A stretch of 63,988 bases of DNA, filler included, from Reclinomonas americana ATCC 50394 (lineage: Eukaryota), in NCBI GenBank assembly GCA_048213135.1. It is 5 parts of 5 records of this genome, joined end to end, with 100 filler letters (N's around TTAATTAATTAA, not from the genome) between each part and the next. Parts side by side here need not be neighbours in the genome. Positions count along the whole stretch, not along the records: positions 1 to 22,163 come from PS015535.1; 4 more parts are not named here. One strand, given 5' to 3'. This document shows, in pieces, positions 1-11,707 of the stretch. The translations under genes and the position numbers were made by a program. Each line of letters starts with the position of its first letter. Position 1 is the stretch's first letter. The notes beneath the pieces were generated by a model. The model saw nothing but the letters and a program-made list of their open reading frames with translations, did not search any database and was not told where the DNA came from.

Positions 1-171
1 CATCCTGCAGACACTTGACTGTCCTCCTCTGCTTCTGCGACCACTCTCGTATCAATCTCATCGCTCGTGTCATTCGTCGTCTCTTCTCATTCTCGCACGC
101 TCTCTCCTCATCCTCTTCTCCCCCTCACCCTCCCTCCTCATGCTTGCCACTCACTGTGCTCTCCTCCACAG

Positions 172-476
172 CCCGGTGGGTGCCGCTCTCGGTGCGGCTG
201 GTGGCTTCGCAGCCGGCTACTTTGTGGGCGAGGAGGTCGGTGCCATTGCTTTCTCTACCCCCCCTTGCCCGCCATTATCTCAAGTTCCTCGCCCCGCACA
301 CAGATTCCCAAGCTGTTCTTCGGCTCAGCACAGGTGCTTTCACATCTTCTCGCTACCCCTGTGTATGTGTATGTGCCAACCACCACCCTTCCTCTTTCCC
401 CCCGACGCAGATTAACCCTGTAGAGGCGAACCAGGCGTTCTTGAACTGGTGGCGCAAGAAGCAGAGCGAGGCATGA
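172..476 (+). CDS. 3' part of an SDH6-like (succinate dehydrogenase accessory subunit) gene; 5' end outside the window
   Basis: Exons 172-235, 304-333 and 411-476 (GT-AG) give PVGAALGAAGGFAAGYFVGEEIPKLFFGSAQINPVEANQAFLNWWRKKQSEA*. This aligns without gaps to the recalled Arabidopsis SDH6 C-terminus (SPHGAAL..GG...G...GQEV...A...F..WW..K). Confidence 0.6.
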
Positions 477-554
477 TGTGTGTGTGAGAGAGCGTATGTG
501 TGTCACAGCAACAACAATCATTTCTCGGTATACTCTCGTGACATGCAACGGTAC

Positions 555-884
555 TCAGTCGTCATCATCGTCAATGACCGACACTTTGGTGAAGTGCGTC
601 TGCGGTGACGCCAGTGGATGGGTCGTGTCGAATCGATATCGCAAGTACGCCGGTTTGGAGCTGCGTGTACGCGACAGGGGTGAGTGTCTTGCCAGCGAAG
701 TGTGGCACAATAGGTGGAACGCACCTGCTGTCGGCATCGCCAGCCATGAGCTCTGTCTCCTCTTCGCGCTGCGTTGCTGGCAGTCAGAAATCGTGCGCAG
801 TCACGCACACGTAGAGAGAGGGAGAAGAGAAGAGCAGGAAGCTATGGGTGCCTGGCGAGTCGAATATGAAGCAACGAGTGTGTA

Positions 885-936
<52 letters not shown>

Positions 937-2049
937 TACCAGCAGTTTCATGCTGTCGGTGAACCACGCCGGCAGCGCCTTTGGTGGCGCGATGAGATCC
1001 ACATCAAACAGCTCGATGAACTGCTCATTGGCGTAGCGGGTGCTATTGCCGGCGTATAACCGATACTGCGCACGGGAGAGGGGATGAGTAGAGGTGGGAG
1101 AAGGTGAAGGAGGGGGTTAACGCCGAACCTCGTCGAGAATCGCCGACAGTGTCCACCCTTCCAGCTTGCGCAGACAGCCGACGATGGTGCCCGTCTGGTG
1201 AATGCCGTCGCTGTGCGTCATGGCCGCCGAGTGAGCGAACACCCTCCCACACGCTTCTCCTCTCACCAGCCAGCCCACTCAACGTGCACATGATCGCCAG
1301 CGGATAGTTGTCCGTGTTCAGCACCGTCTCAATCGCCTCCTTGACCAGCTCATCCGACAGTGGTCTCCACGAGGCGTCGGGCTTCCAAACCTTCAGTCCG
1401 AGGTGGATCTGTGCACAAGAGAAAACGTGAGGGAAAGAGAGAAAGAAACGTCACTGGCAGCACACAGCAGAGTAACCAGTTGAATGTTCTCCTGCTCAAA
1501 GAACTGCTTGGCCGCCCTGCAAGACGACAACGGGGGAGAGGAAGTGAGCGAGGCTTGTTCTTTGGTCAGCTTGCTCAATGTCTCTCTCGTACTCCCACTG
1601 TGTCAATGTCACTGCCTGCTTTCTCACTCTTCTTGTTCTCAAGCCATTCACTCTCTGTTCTCAGCCTTTCTCTCTCAGCTCTCTACCTTGCTCTCTGCTC
1701 TCTGTCTTCCTCTCTCAGATCTCTGTCTTCTCTGTTCTCTGCTTCTGTCACTATCTTCTCTGCCTTTCTCTCGTCCTCTCTCCAACCTTCTCCCTCCGCC
1801 CCCTCTATCTCCCTCTCCTTCCCCTCTCCTTCCCTCTTCCCTCATTCCCTCTCCCTCCACCCTCCCTCTTCTCCCTCTCTCCCTTTACCCTCTCTCCCCC
1901 TCCACCCACCTCACTGAGATCTCCGCGCTGAGGTACAACACCGATCGCAACCGCAGTGTCCTCACAAACGGAAAGTTCTTGGCCGCAAACGCACTGGAGC
2001 GGTACACACCCGGGTGCACCACACCAAAGTAGTCGGGCGGGATGAGCAT
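555..2049 (-). CDS. Siw14/OCA-family (Y_phosphatase2) protein, OCA4-like probable pseudophosphatase
   Basis: Spliced product: MLIPPDYFGVVHPGVYRSS..NFPFVRTLRLRSVLYLSAE..ELVKEAIETVLNTDNYPLAIMCTDGIHQTGTIVGCLRKLEGWTLSAILDE..ANEQFIELFDVDL. The CX5R arginine is replaced by Q. Confidence 0.85.
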
Positions 2050-3259
2050 TGACACACAGAGAGAGAGAGAGAGGGAAGAGGAGAAAACGAAGTCCCACAT
2101 GACACCTTTGCTTCTTGCTTGCACTTCTTTCCAGCACCCTGTCGTATACAGTATGATAGAGGGAAACCTCTGCTTACTCATCGTTGAACGCGCTGCAAGA
2201 AACCATCTCGCTGCGATTTGCAATTGTTGACTTCGAACCCTTCTCCTTTCTCTCCCTTTTCCTTTCTCTCACTTCTCCTTTCCCTCCCTTCTCCCTCCTT
2301 CTTCGCCCGCACCGCTGCATTCATTATTCATTCTTATCATCATCATCAGAGATTTTTTCGGACGGGGAGGGAGGTCGAGGGCACAACAAAGCGACCACGA
2401 AGCAGCGGCGACAGAGACAACACAACAACAACAACAACAAAAAAACAACTAATGTGACTGAAACACGAGGGTTAGGAGGAGGAGGAGGAGGAGAGGTGAG
2501 TGGGTTCACCTCTGCAGAGGTACCTCTCTCCAATCCATAGCCCCACCGCCCCCCAGATAAGCAGGCACGCCGACAAACAGAGCCAAGAAATATAACAGGC
2601 ATCCACGAAAAAATAACAGGCGAATGCAGTCGGCAGTGCAAGCAGGAGGAGGAGGTACGGACATGGAGGAGGAGGAGGAGGAAGAAAGGAAAGAATTGAA
2701 GCATTTTCGAACACAAACGTACAACGCGGAAGGGGTGGCAAAGAGGGAGAAAAAAACACAACACGNNNNNNNNNNNNNNNNNNNNNNNNNNNNNNNNNNN
2801 NNNNNNNNNNNNNNNNNNNNNNNNNNNNNNNNNNNNNNNNNNNNNNNNNNNNNNNNNNNNNNNNNNNNNNNNNNNNNNNNNNNNNNNNNNNNNNNNNNNN
2901 NNNNNNNNNNNNNNNNNNNNNNNNNNNNNNNNNNNNNNNNNNNNNNNNNNNNNNNNNNNNNNNNNNNNNNNNNNNNNNNNNNNNNNNNNNNNNNNNNNNN
3001 NNNNNNNNNNNNNNNNNNNNNNNNNNNNNNNNNNNNNNNNNNNNNNNNNNNNNNNNNNNNNNNNNNNNNNNNNNNNNNNNNNNNNNNNNNNNNNNNNNNN
3101 NNNNNNNNNNNNNNNNNNNNNNNNNNNNNNNNNNNNNNNNNNNNNNNNNNNNNNNNNNNNNNNNNNNNNNNNNNNNNCGGTCTAAATAGTAGAGGGGTGG
3201 GCAAGCTGGGTAGGCAAAGTCTTCCTTGCCCACCTCGCTTCGTCACCAGATCGACATGA

Positions 3260-5428
3260 TCAGCGACTGCCACTCTCCATGGCGCAGTCGCACGCACACG
3301 GCAGTGGCAGTGGCAGCATGCGGATGCGCGGGTTGAAGAACTCGGGGAGCACTTCGCGCTCCGCCGCCGCCGCCATCTGCTCGGCGGCATCGACGGCCGC
3401 CGCCGCCTGGCGCAGCAGTGCCAGCTCCGACTGCTGGTGTTGCTGCTGCTCCACCACCTTCCANNNNNNNNNNNNNNNNNNNNNNNNNNNNNNNNNNNNN
3501 NNNNNNNNNNNNNNNNNNNNNNNNNNNNNNNNNNNNNNNNNNNNNNNNNNNNNNNNNNNNNNNNNNNNNNNNNNNNNNNNNNNNNNNNNNNNNNNNNNNN
3601 NNNNNNNNNNNNNNNNNNNNNNNNNNNNNNNNNNNNNNNNNNNNNNNNNNNNNNNNNNNNNNNNNNNNNNNNNNNNNNNNNNNNNNNNNNNNNNNNNNNN
3701 NNNNNNNNNNNNNNNNNNNNNNNNNNNNNNNNNNNNNNNNNNNNNNNNNNNNNNNNNNNNNNNNNNNNNNNNNNNNNNNNNNNNNNNNNNNNNNNNNNNN
3801 NNNNNNNNNNNNGTCGAGCCACGTCTCGCGTGCTATGCGTGGCACACTGCGGCAGCGCAGCGGCGACAACGGTCGCACTGGCGGCTCGCACACCGGCATG
3901 TGCACCACAGGCTGCGCCGGTGGCACCAGCATACACCGCGGCAGGGAGAGGGTGCCCGAGGAAGCGGCCGCAGCCTGCAGCATGGCCGACGACGACGACG
4001 GCAGTGGCGGTGACGGTGAGACGTTGACGGCGAATGGCGAGTCGGGGATACCGCCACGACGCGCGCCAGAGACAAGACCCGGAATCTGAGGTAGTATCTT
4101 GACGGGCGTCATGAAGCCGTTCCCGTGGCCAGACGACGACAACTGCGACAGGAGCATGGCCACATTGGTTGATGACGGGCTGCGGCAGCGGCGAGTGGCG
4201 GTGGTGGTGGTGGTGGTGGAAGTGTTGTGGCCTCGTGCTGCAAGCGTGGCAGCCGCCTTGAAAGCCGCGTGCTGTAAAAAAACAACAAAAAGAATCGCGA
4301 TATGAAACGGAAGTGGGGGGTGAGTCGCGAGAAGAAAACAAACTACGTGATTGCGAGAGAATCCACACACAAACCTCGTCGTAGCGCAACAGCATCTCGG
4401 GGCCCATCTCACCCCCGGAAGCGTCACTCGAAGATCCCGCCGCCGACGTGTCGCTCATGTCCGCGTCCGTCAGCGGCGGAGAGGTAAAGGACGGAGCGGC
4501 AAAGTGCATCAGCGGAACGTGACCGACGCCACCCAGCGGATACGGAGGCCGTGGCTGCAAAGAGATGCGCATAAGAATCAGCGTCGCGGTGCGAGGCTGC
4601 AGAGGCAGGCAGCAGGCAATATGTCCAAAGGGACAAGAAAGGGGAAAAAACAAAAAAACACACACAGGACCAATACTAAATATTTGACGTAGATGGTCAA
4701 CGTCCCGACCCGCGGCACAAAAGCGCGAATCTCAGGCCCTCCCAGCAAAGAAGAGAAAGAAGGGGAAAAAAAGGATGCAGTGTGCGAGTGGCGAATACAG
4801 CAATGCCCCCCCCCCCGACTTACCAGCATTGGGAACTCGCGGTGCGTCTCCTGCTGCATCTGAGGCATCAGCAGGTGCGGCTCGCGGCGCTCCTTCTTGC
4901 GGCGGTTCTCAAACCACACTGTGCGGGAGGGAGGAGAGGAGACAAGGGAGAGAGGAAGTCGACAAGTCAGACATCATCGGAATTATGTGCTAGACCAAAT
5001 GCCAAGTTGTATTGGACACCGGAAGAGAATAGCAGCACAAATCGCGCGACCCTCCCAACCGCCCACCCACAGGGAATCTCACGACGGCACGCAACTCTGC
5101 ACAGAGCGGGCGGAGCGACCGAGCAGGGCGCCGAGCTGTTTCTTGCGCTTGGCATCGGGATACTGCAGCAGTAATTGTATACTGTCAGAAATGAAGGAAA
5201 AATCCCGCATAAGAGGGGCGAGGGCAGGAAGAGTATACACGGGTGGTAAGGGGGAGAGAGAGCGCGCGTGGTATCAGACAGCGAGTGAGAGAGAGAGAGA
5301 GAGGAGGGTCATGACAGACAGACTTTTGCGTAGTCGCAATTCGTGAAAACCGCGTCAATGGTGGCATTCTCACACACACACACACACAAACACTCACACA
5401 CACGAACCCCCGCAGTGACGACAGCACA

Positions 5429-5459
<31 letters not shown>

Positions 5460-5664
5460 AGCATGCGCACGCACGCACACATATGCACACACGCGCACAA
5501 TTGAGGGGGGCAGAGAGAGGAAAAAAGACTTGTGCGACAGAAACAGCGTGAGAGAGTAGAGAATCCGTACATAATCTCACCTTGTTGTGGGAAAACTCCT
5601 CCAGCAAAATCTCTTGTGCCTCGGGGGTGAAGCGGATGTAGGAGCGCTTGAGTGGAGCAGTCAT
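3260..5664 (-). CDS. Homeodomain transcription factor (non-TALE) with a low-complexity C-terminal region; 3' end uncertain because of gaps
   Basis: Exons 5664-5581, 5162-5096 and 4918-4824 give MTAPLKRSYIRFTPEAQEILLEEFSHNKYPDAKRKKQLGALLGRSARSVQMWFENRRKKERR (F8, L16, F20, Y25-P26, W48-F49-N51-R53). Further in-frame S/P-rich exons lie at about 4560-4377 and 4273-3813. Confidence 0.8.
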
Positions 5665-6502
5665 GGGGTTTCGCACAAAAAAGAAGTAAAAAAGGGCACA
5701 ACCAGCGCTCCGAAGACGACGAGAAAAAGGACACGGTCTGAAAAGAAATCTGAAAATTCTGGGCGCCAAAACCCCTGCCCTCTGCGCCCGCCCACCAGTG
5801 GCATTTCATGCACGGATTCGCCATCAGCGCGAATGACAGGTAACCGCAAGGCGCTACACGCGCCCGTCCCTACCTGCAGCGACAAGCGGCGCGAGGGAAG
5901 AGTGGGAGCAGGGCGGCGGGGGCACAGTTGCAGTCGAACGCGTGAGACTTGGATTTGAAAGGAAACAAGTGACCGAAACGCGGTCGCAGAGACAATTCGA
6001 TGGGCGTTCTTTCGCGCGCAGAAGAGGGCACACAAGAGCGATAGAACCAAACCACGCAAGAATATACTTGCTTCAAATGCCAGGCCCCAGAGAATCTGCC
6101 ATGGCTCTCCCCAACCAGTGCCATGCACGGCGGACGAAGCGCGGCGGGGGCCACGGCACGTTCCCACGACACAATGCAGACGTTGACATGCAACAGTCAA
6201 CGCCAACGAACATCAACACTGCATTACCGGAACAGGAGGGGCGACGCTCGAGCTCTTCATCGTGTGCGGTCAACGCGCTCCTGTTTTTGGTGAAAACAAG
6301 CACCCCCTGAGTGAGGTAAAACGCCCACACACGCACAACAGCAACATGCAAGCACTATGTGCAGAGAGGGAGGCGCACCGATGTGGAACCATGGAACCAA
6401 TTGAGTTGGTATCGCGAGAGAAGACGCGAAAGGAATGCAAGCAGTGTTGCACTCTCTTTCCTTTCGGCTTCATAGTAGACGCCGTCCGCCGAGAGCCGGC
6501 TC

Positions 6503-7165
6503 TCACGGCGGGGCGAATGAGTCTGCCACCGTGGCGGCGACAGCGACAGTGGCGGTGGCGCCGGCAGCAGTGCTGCTGCTGCGATGGACGGGAGGGGCCG
6601 CGAACTGTGAAACGCGGTGACGCGAATCGGACATGCTGCCGATGGTGGCGGCGGCGGTATCGACAGGCTCCACCACCGAGTCGGGCACGGCCTCCACCAA
6701 GCAATGCGCAAACGCAGTGAACTTGCGGAAGCGAGCGCGGTAGATGGTGGTCAGTGTCGATTCCACCACCTGTGCACGCGCCACATCCAACTGCCGCTGC
6801 CACTCCAACCGAACTGACGATACAGACCCGCGACGCGCATTGCCTCGAGCACCACCCACTGCCGCCTCTATCTCCGCCTCCGCCGCAGCCACCGCAGCTG
6901 CCTCTGCTGCGCGAGAGCCCTCCACCTCCACATCAAATCCGCCCAGCAGACGCATTTCCTCCTCAAGATCCTCTGTGCACGCAAACATGGATAAGAAGAA
7001 GCACAGAGAGGAGACTGAGTGGAAGCGGGGAGGCGAGAAACATAGAATAACACGCGAAAGACCGATGCACAGATATCAAGATTACCAAATAGTACATGTC
7101 GAGATTGATTGCATACAATGCGCACGTCCCACACACACACTCTCTCACTCACACACACACACACG

Positions 7166-7199
<34 letters not shown>

Positions 7200-7365
7200 T
7201 TCATACACACACATGCGAGAGGGAGTGAGAGAGTGACACCACACCTTTCAACTGTTGCTCAATTATGGCCGTGGTCATCTGCACCACGCGATCGGCAATA
7301 TCTCGCCGCACTTGCACAGGCAGCTGCTCATACGCAGCAGACGGCGAAGAAGACAAATGCGCCAT
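6503..7365 (-). CDS. Hypothetical protein (2 exons), divergent from the CFAP119-like gene
   Basis: MAHLSSSPSAAYEQLPVQVRRDIADRVVQMTTAIIEQQLK splices GT-AG in frame to EDLEEEMRLLGG...ADSFAPP*. Confidence 0.55.
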
Positions 7366-7469
7366 CACAGCAAAACAACGAACAAGAATCGATTGACTGA
7401 CTGATGCATCGTAAACGGCTGCGCTGTAAACGCTCTCTCTCTCTCTCTGATTTATTAAGTGCAAAGAAG

Positions 7470-7591
7470 ATGAGAGTGAAGCCAAAGCCGAGTGAGTTTG
7501 GTGGCAACCTCACCTTCTCGGATGTGACGGAGAGTGAGTGTGAGTGGCTGCGGTCGGCCACGTTTGATCAGGTCAAGCAGTTGCGTTGTGA

Positions 7592-7675
<84 letters not shown>

Positions 7676-7838
7676 GAGGAGGAGAGACGANNNNNNNNNN
7701 NNNNNNNNNNNNNNNNNNNNNGAAGAGAGAGAGCAGTGAACAGTGAGAGGTGAGGAACGAGACACAGGGGAGAAACAGCACAGAGAGAGACTAGAATGGC
7801 AGCGAGCGACATGGTTGAAACAACGGCTGTATTCGCAA

Positions 7839-7886
<48 letters not shown>

Positions 7887-8792
7887 CCACTCGCTTACAC
7901 ACTCTCCTTCAGGTTCGTGCGCGACAAGTTCGTTCCCGGATCATCGACACAAGATCAGATCTTGCTCGACTTTCTCTTTGGCAACTTGTGGTGCGTCTCT
8001 CTATGCCTCCCTCTGCCTCACTCACTCACTCACTGACTCACTGCACGCACACATAGTCACGCACTGAGCAGCGAGTTCACCAACGACAAGGTGTCGGCGT
8101 TCTTCAGCGTGCTGAGAAAAACTCACGAGTTGACTGTTGGTGCGCTCTGTGTGTGTGTGTGTGTGACCTCCTGTGCTTGCCTCGGCCTCTCATGCCTCCG
8201 CGCACGCACATGCAGATCACCAGTATAGCCTGGAGGAGAGTTTTGCGGCCTTCAAGCGTCTCCTGCTGCAGCACAGTGTGCACAGACCACCGTTCAGCGT
8301 GGAGGTGTTTTCGCTGCCGGAGGTGGAGGATGTGACGGGCTACGCGCTGTCGACGTACTTTAAGCACTACAAGCTGTACGCGTTTGCCTTTCTGCAAAAG
8401 GTGGAGCTCGACTTTTCCGCCGTCTCCAACGAGTTCACGGAGAAGCCGGTACCACTCATGCCGCTGAGGAGAGCGGTGCGGTGGAAGCGCGAATACCGAC
8501 CGCTGTTGTTGATTTTCTCACTGTTTCTTTGCAGATCACGGAGAGCGACTGGAATGCACGCCGGGCAGAGGAGGCACGTCTGGCAGAGGAAGATCGGCAA
8601 CGGAGGGAGGCGGCTGCCGAGCAGGAGGCCAAGCGGCTGGCTCAGTTGGCGGCTGAGGAGGAGGCGAAACAGGCACGAGGCGGTTTGTCGGCCGAGGAGC
8701 TGCGGGAGGAGTTCCGACTGCTGGCACTGGCACGCATTGCCGAACTGGAGGGCAGAGTGCAAGACTTGGAGAAGCAGGTCAAGGTCAAGTGA
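7470..8792 (+). CDS. CFAP119: CFAP119/CLAMP-family flagellar central-apparatus protein
   Basis: ILLDFLFGNL..FTNDKVSAFFSVLRKTH..FAAFKRLLLQHSVHRPPFSVEVFSLPEVEDVTGYALSTYFKHYKLYAFAF, followed by a C-terminal coiled coil. Confidence 0.85.
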
Positions 8793-8874
8793 GTGTTCTG
8801 TATTCTGCCCGCAGACACATCCTCGCCGATCATTGTACACAAGCCATATGTGCACCGTGCGGACGAATTTGAGG

Positions 8875-9626
8875 TCACTTGTTCTTCTTGCTGGCGGCCT
8901 TCTTGTGGCCAGCCGGCTTGTTGAAGTAGAGCACGGCGCTCACGCCCATGTAGTAGGGCGCCCAGAACCAGGTCACCAGCGAGCCTAGCGGGTACGTCTG
9001 CGCGGTGATCCAGGCCAGGGCCAGTGCGCCCACCGCCATACCGGCGGCAACCGACTTGGTGGTGTGCTCATTCACTCTGATGCTGTTGGGAGAGGGAGGC
9101 AAGGCTCACACTGGTGAGTAGCGGTGAGGACGCACTCGGGTGGTGATGCGCTGCAGACGCAACACGGCGAGAATGGCTGCACCGAAAAGCAGTGTCGATC
9201 CAAATGCCTTCAGTATATGTGGGGGACGACGAAATCAGACTGAAGGAGGAGGAGGTGGTGGAGCAGGAGGGAACAGCTACAGCAGTCAGCGCTACCTACC
9301 TGCATAAGATGCACAAACTCGGGAGTGATGCCCACCACGCCTGCAGAATATGGTCAAATGCACGATTCCTTTTTTTGCTTTTCGTTTGCAAGCACTGCAT
9401 GCAACTGCTGAACAAGATGTGGCTGGCCACCTCCGGCACCACAATGCACAAGAAACCCATCACCAGCCTGGAGATATCGACACCAGAAATCAGAAAACAA
9501 AAAAGGGAAAACGAGCCGGAAGGGAAATGTGAGTGTTCGCTTCACCCGGTTATTGACAGAGAGGACGCGTACGCACCAAAGCACACTAGTGAGCAAGAAA
9601 CAAGGTCGCACCAAAGCCGCTGTCAT
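8875..9626 (-). CDS. Small 4-TM membrane protein, copy 1, with a C-terminal KKxx motif
   Basis: 5 exons: MTAALVRPCFLLTSVLWLVMGFLCIVVPEVASHILFSSVVGITPEFVHLMQAFGSTLLFGAAILAVIRVNEHTTKSVAAGMAVGALALAWI...KKAASKKNK*. Confidence 0.7.
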
Positions 9627-10650
9627 TTCGTCAATGGTGACTGAGGCAATAGATTTTGCGTGTGAGTGTCTGGGTGCAGTCAGTGGAGCAAGCGATTGAT
9701 CTGTATCGAGGGGGTGCGTGTGCGACGCACGATTTTCGCAGTGGCAGTGATTGACACTCGTGTACGTGCACTCGCGCTGTGTGTGAGAGAGACTTGTTGG
9801 AGACGAGAGTGCCAGCGTTCGGATTCTTGCCTCGACATGAAGAATATTCTGCGCTGACTGAAGAATCACAGCGCAGAGTTGTCGACGGTGGCTTCTCGCG
9901 ACGGCTTTGTTTCAGCTTCCGCAAAATGAGACACGCACGAGCGCGCTGCATCGATGGTTTGCCCAGGAGAAACTTGACGACGGCAGAATTCCTTCTGTTT
10001 TTGAAAAATGACGAGCAAGATTCATCCGCCCGACATGGCACCTCGCACCTCTGTAATGCACAAAGCGGGCGCGCTGGAATGATTGCAATAGTGTTCCCGC
10101 GGGGTATTACGTCGACGAGCGGGGCGTCGAGTGGCATCGATTGCGGGCGAAGGGGAGGGGAACGCGCGGTAGTTGCAATCGTGTTCATGAGTGGTGATTG
10201 CGAATTGCACCTGGCCCCAACGTGCAGCGCGCGCGCCTGCGTGCATGCCATTCGCGATCCACCACTGACAGCAAAAGAAAAGCATCTTTCGATCCTCTCC
10301 AGAGCACCTGTAAAAGAATCTGGCCGACTGCACTGAAGGAGACAGTGACGCGCTCCCTGTGCCGCCCCGCTCCCCTGCTGGAGAAACCCAACCGGTACAG
10401 AGACCGAGGAGTGTCTGCACTCGGTAATGCACAGTCTACCCCGCTCCAGCTTCTGCGACTGAAGTTATAAACCAACACACACCCTCGGTTGCCATGCCGT
10501 CAGTGTGCGTGCGAGCCAACTCCCTCGATTCTCTACGTTCCACACAAGAATATTATACCTCTGACATTCTGCATCGTTGCGGCGGCTGGTTCTTCATTGA
10601 CTGCTCTCCGTTGCACGACGGCGCCCTCGCTTGCTTGCTGAGTGCCCGCC

Positions 10651-11464
10651 CTACTGGCTGACACTCTGCTGCTCACCGCCGCCAACACCGGTGCCACCAA
10701 CGGCCTGAGAATTCCCGCTTCCCTTCTGCGACTTGCCTTCAACCGGTACCGCATCGGCGCGCTGTTGCTGGTCGTGAATCATGTGGCTGACAGCCTTTCC
10801 CATGTGCTTGATCGGCTTCTGCATCAGCAGCAGAGATCCGATGATGCCGTTGAGGACGATCCACATCCACGTCATGACCGACGCATGCGTAAAGTGCATG
10901 ATCGCAGAATACGTGAGCACCAGCGCTGATACCCACGCGCCAATCCCCACACCGACGACAGTGTTGCGATCCTGCTGCAGCCTGCACATACAACAACAGG
11001 TCGTAGGAGAATAAGTGCATCGTCTTTGTGTACCAGTCGTTGCCTCAAGAGTCACGACGCAACGTGCACAACAGTGTGCTGACAATCACCGACACACAAC
11101 CGAAAGACTGCGTTAAGCGTGAACGTATTGTGAGTTGCACGCTGTGGTGACGATATGAAGAAGTGGCACAGCAACCTGGATCATAAAGCGAAGGGCATTG
11201 GTGATCTCCACGTCCTCTGCCCGCAGCGCAAGATGCAGTGTTTGCACATATCACACCGTTCAAAGGCAGCTACAGTATGTCGAAGCGCAACTGCTAAAGT
11301 AGAACGAGGCCGAGGTGTCAGGAAAGCAGAGGAACTGCACGCCGTTAAGCAAACTGCACAAACCACGGTTAGTCATACCGCCCAAAGCCACAAGAATAAT
11401 GCTCTCGACACACGACGCACCACAATGCAGACTCCACGAGGAAGATGGCGCGCGCAAACTTCAT
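10651..11464 (-). CDS. Small 4-TM membrane protein, copy 2 (diverged paralog of 8875-9626)
   Basis: 5 exons with the same intron positions and phases: MKFARAIFLVESALCLLNGVQFLCFPDTSASFYFSKDVEITNALRFMIQSFGCVSVIVSTLLCTLQQDRNTVVGVGIGAWVSALVL... Confidence 0.7.
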
Positions 11465-11707
11465 GATTCACAGATCGAATTACGTAGTAGGGTGGATGCT
11501 CGTGTGTGCGCGCGTGTGTGTGTGGGTGCAGGTGGAAAGAGCGAGTCGGAAAAATACACATGTGAGCGAGTCAGGAATTGAATCGTGTGACAGCAGAATC
11601 CGCTCCCTCGAGTGCAAAGGTGAAATCGAGTACAATGAACGACACAAAGTGGAGATGAGCACAACGCAGGAGACATCCAGCGACGAGAGGGACAGACAGC
11701 AGGCACC

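Noticed and set aside
5090..5100. Non-GT-AG introns at GTTGCG sites (junction shifted by one base)
   Set aside because: Conserved residues in SAE1 and DPAGT1 require cleavage just before GT with AG acceptors, so the boundaries are canonical.
9700..10500. Possible gene between the two 4-TM paralogs
   Set aside because: No recognisable motif or coherent splice model could be built.
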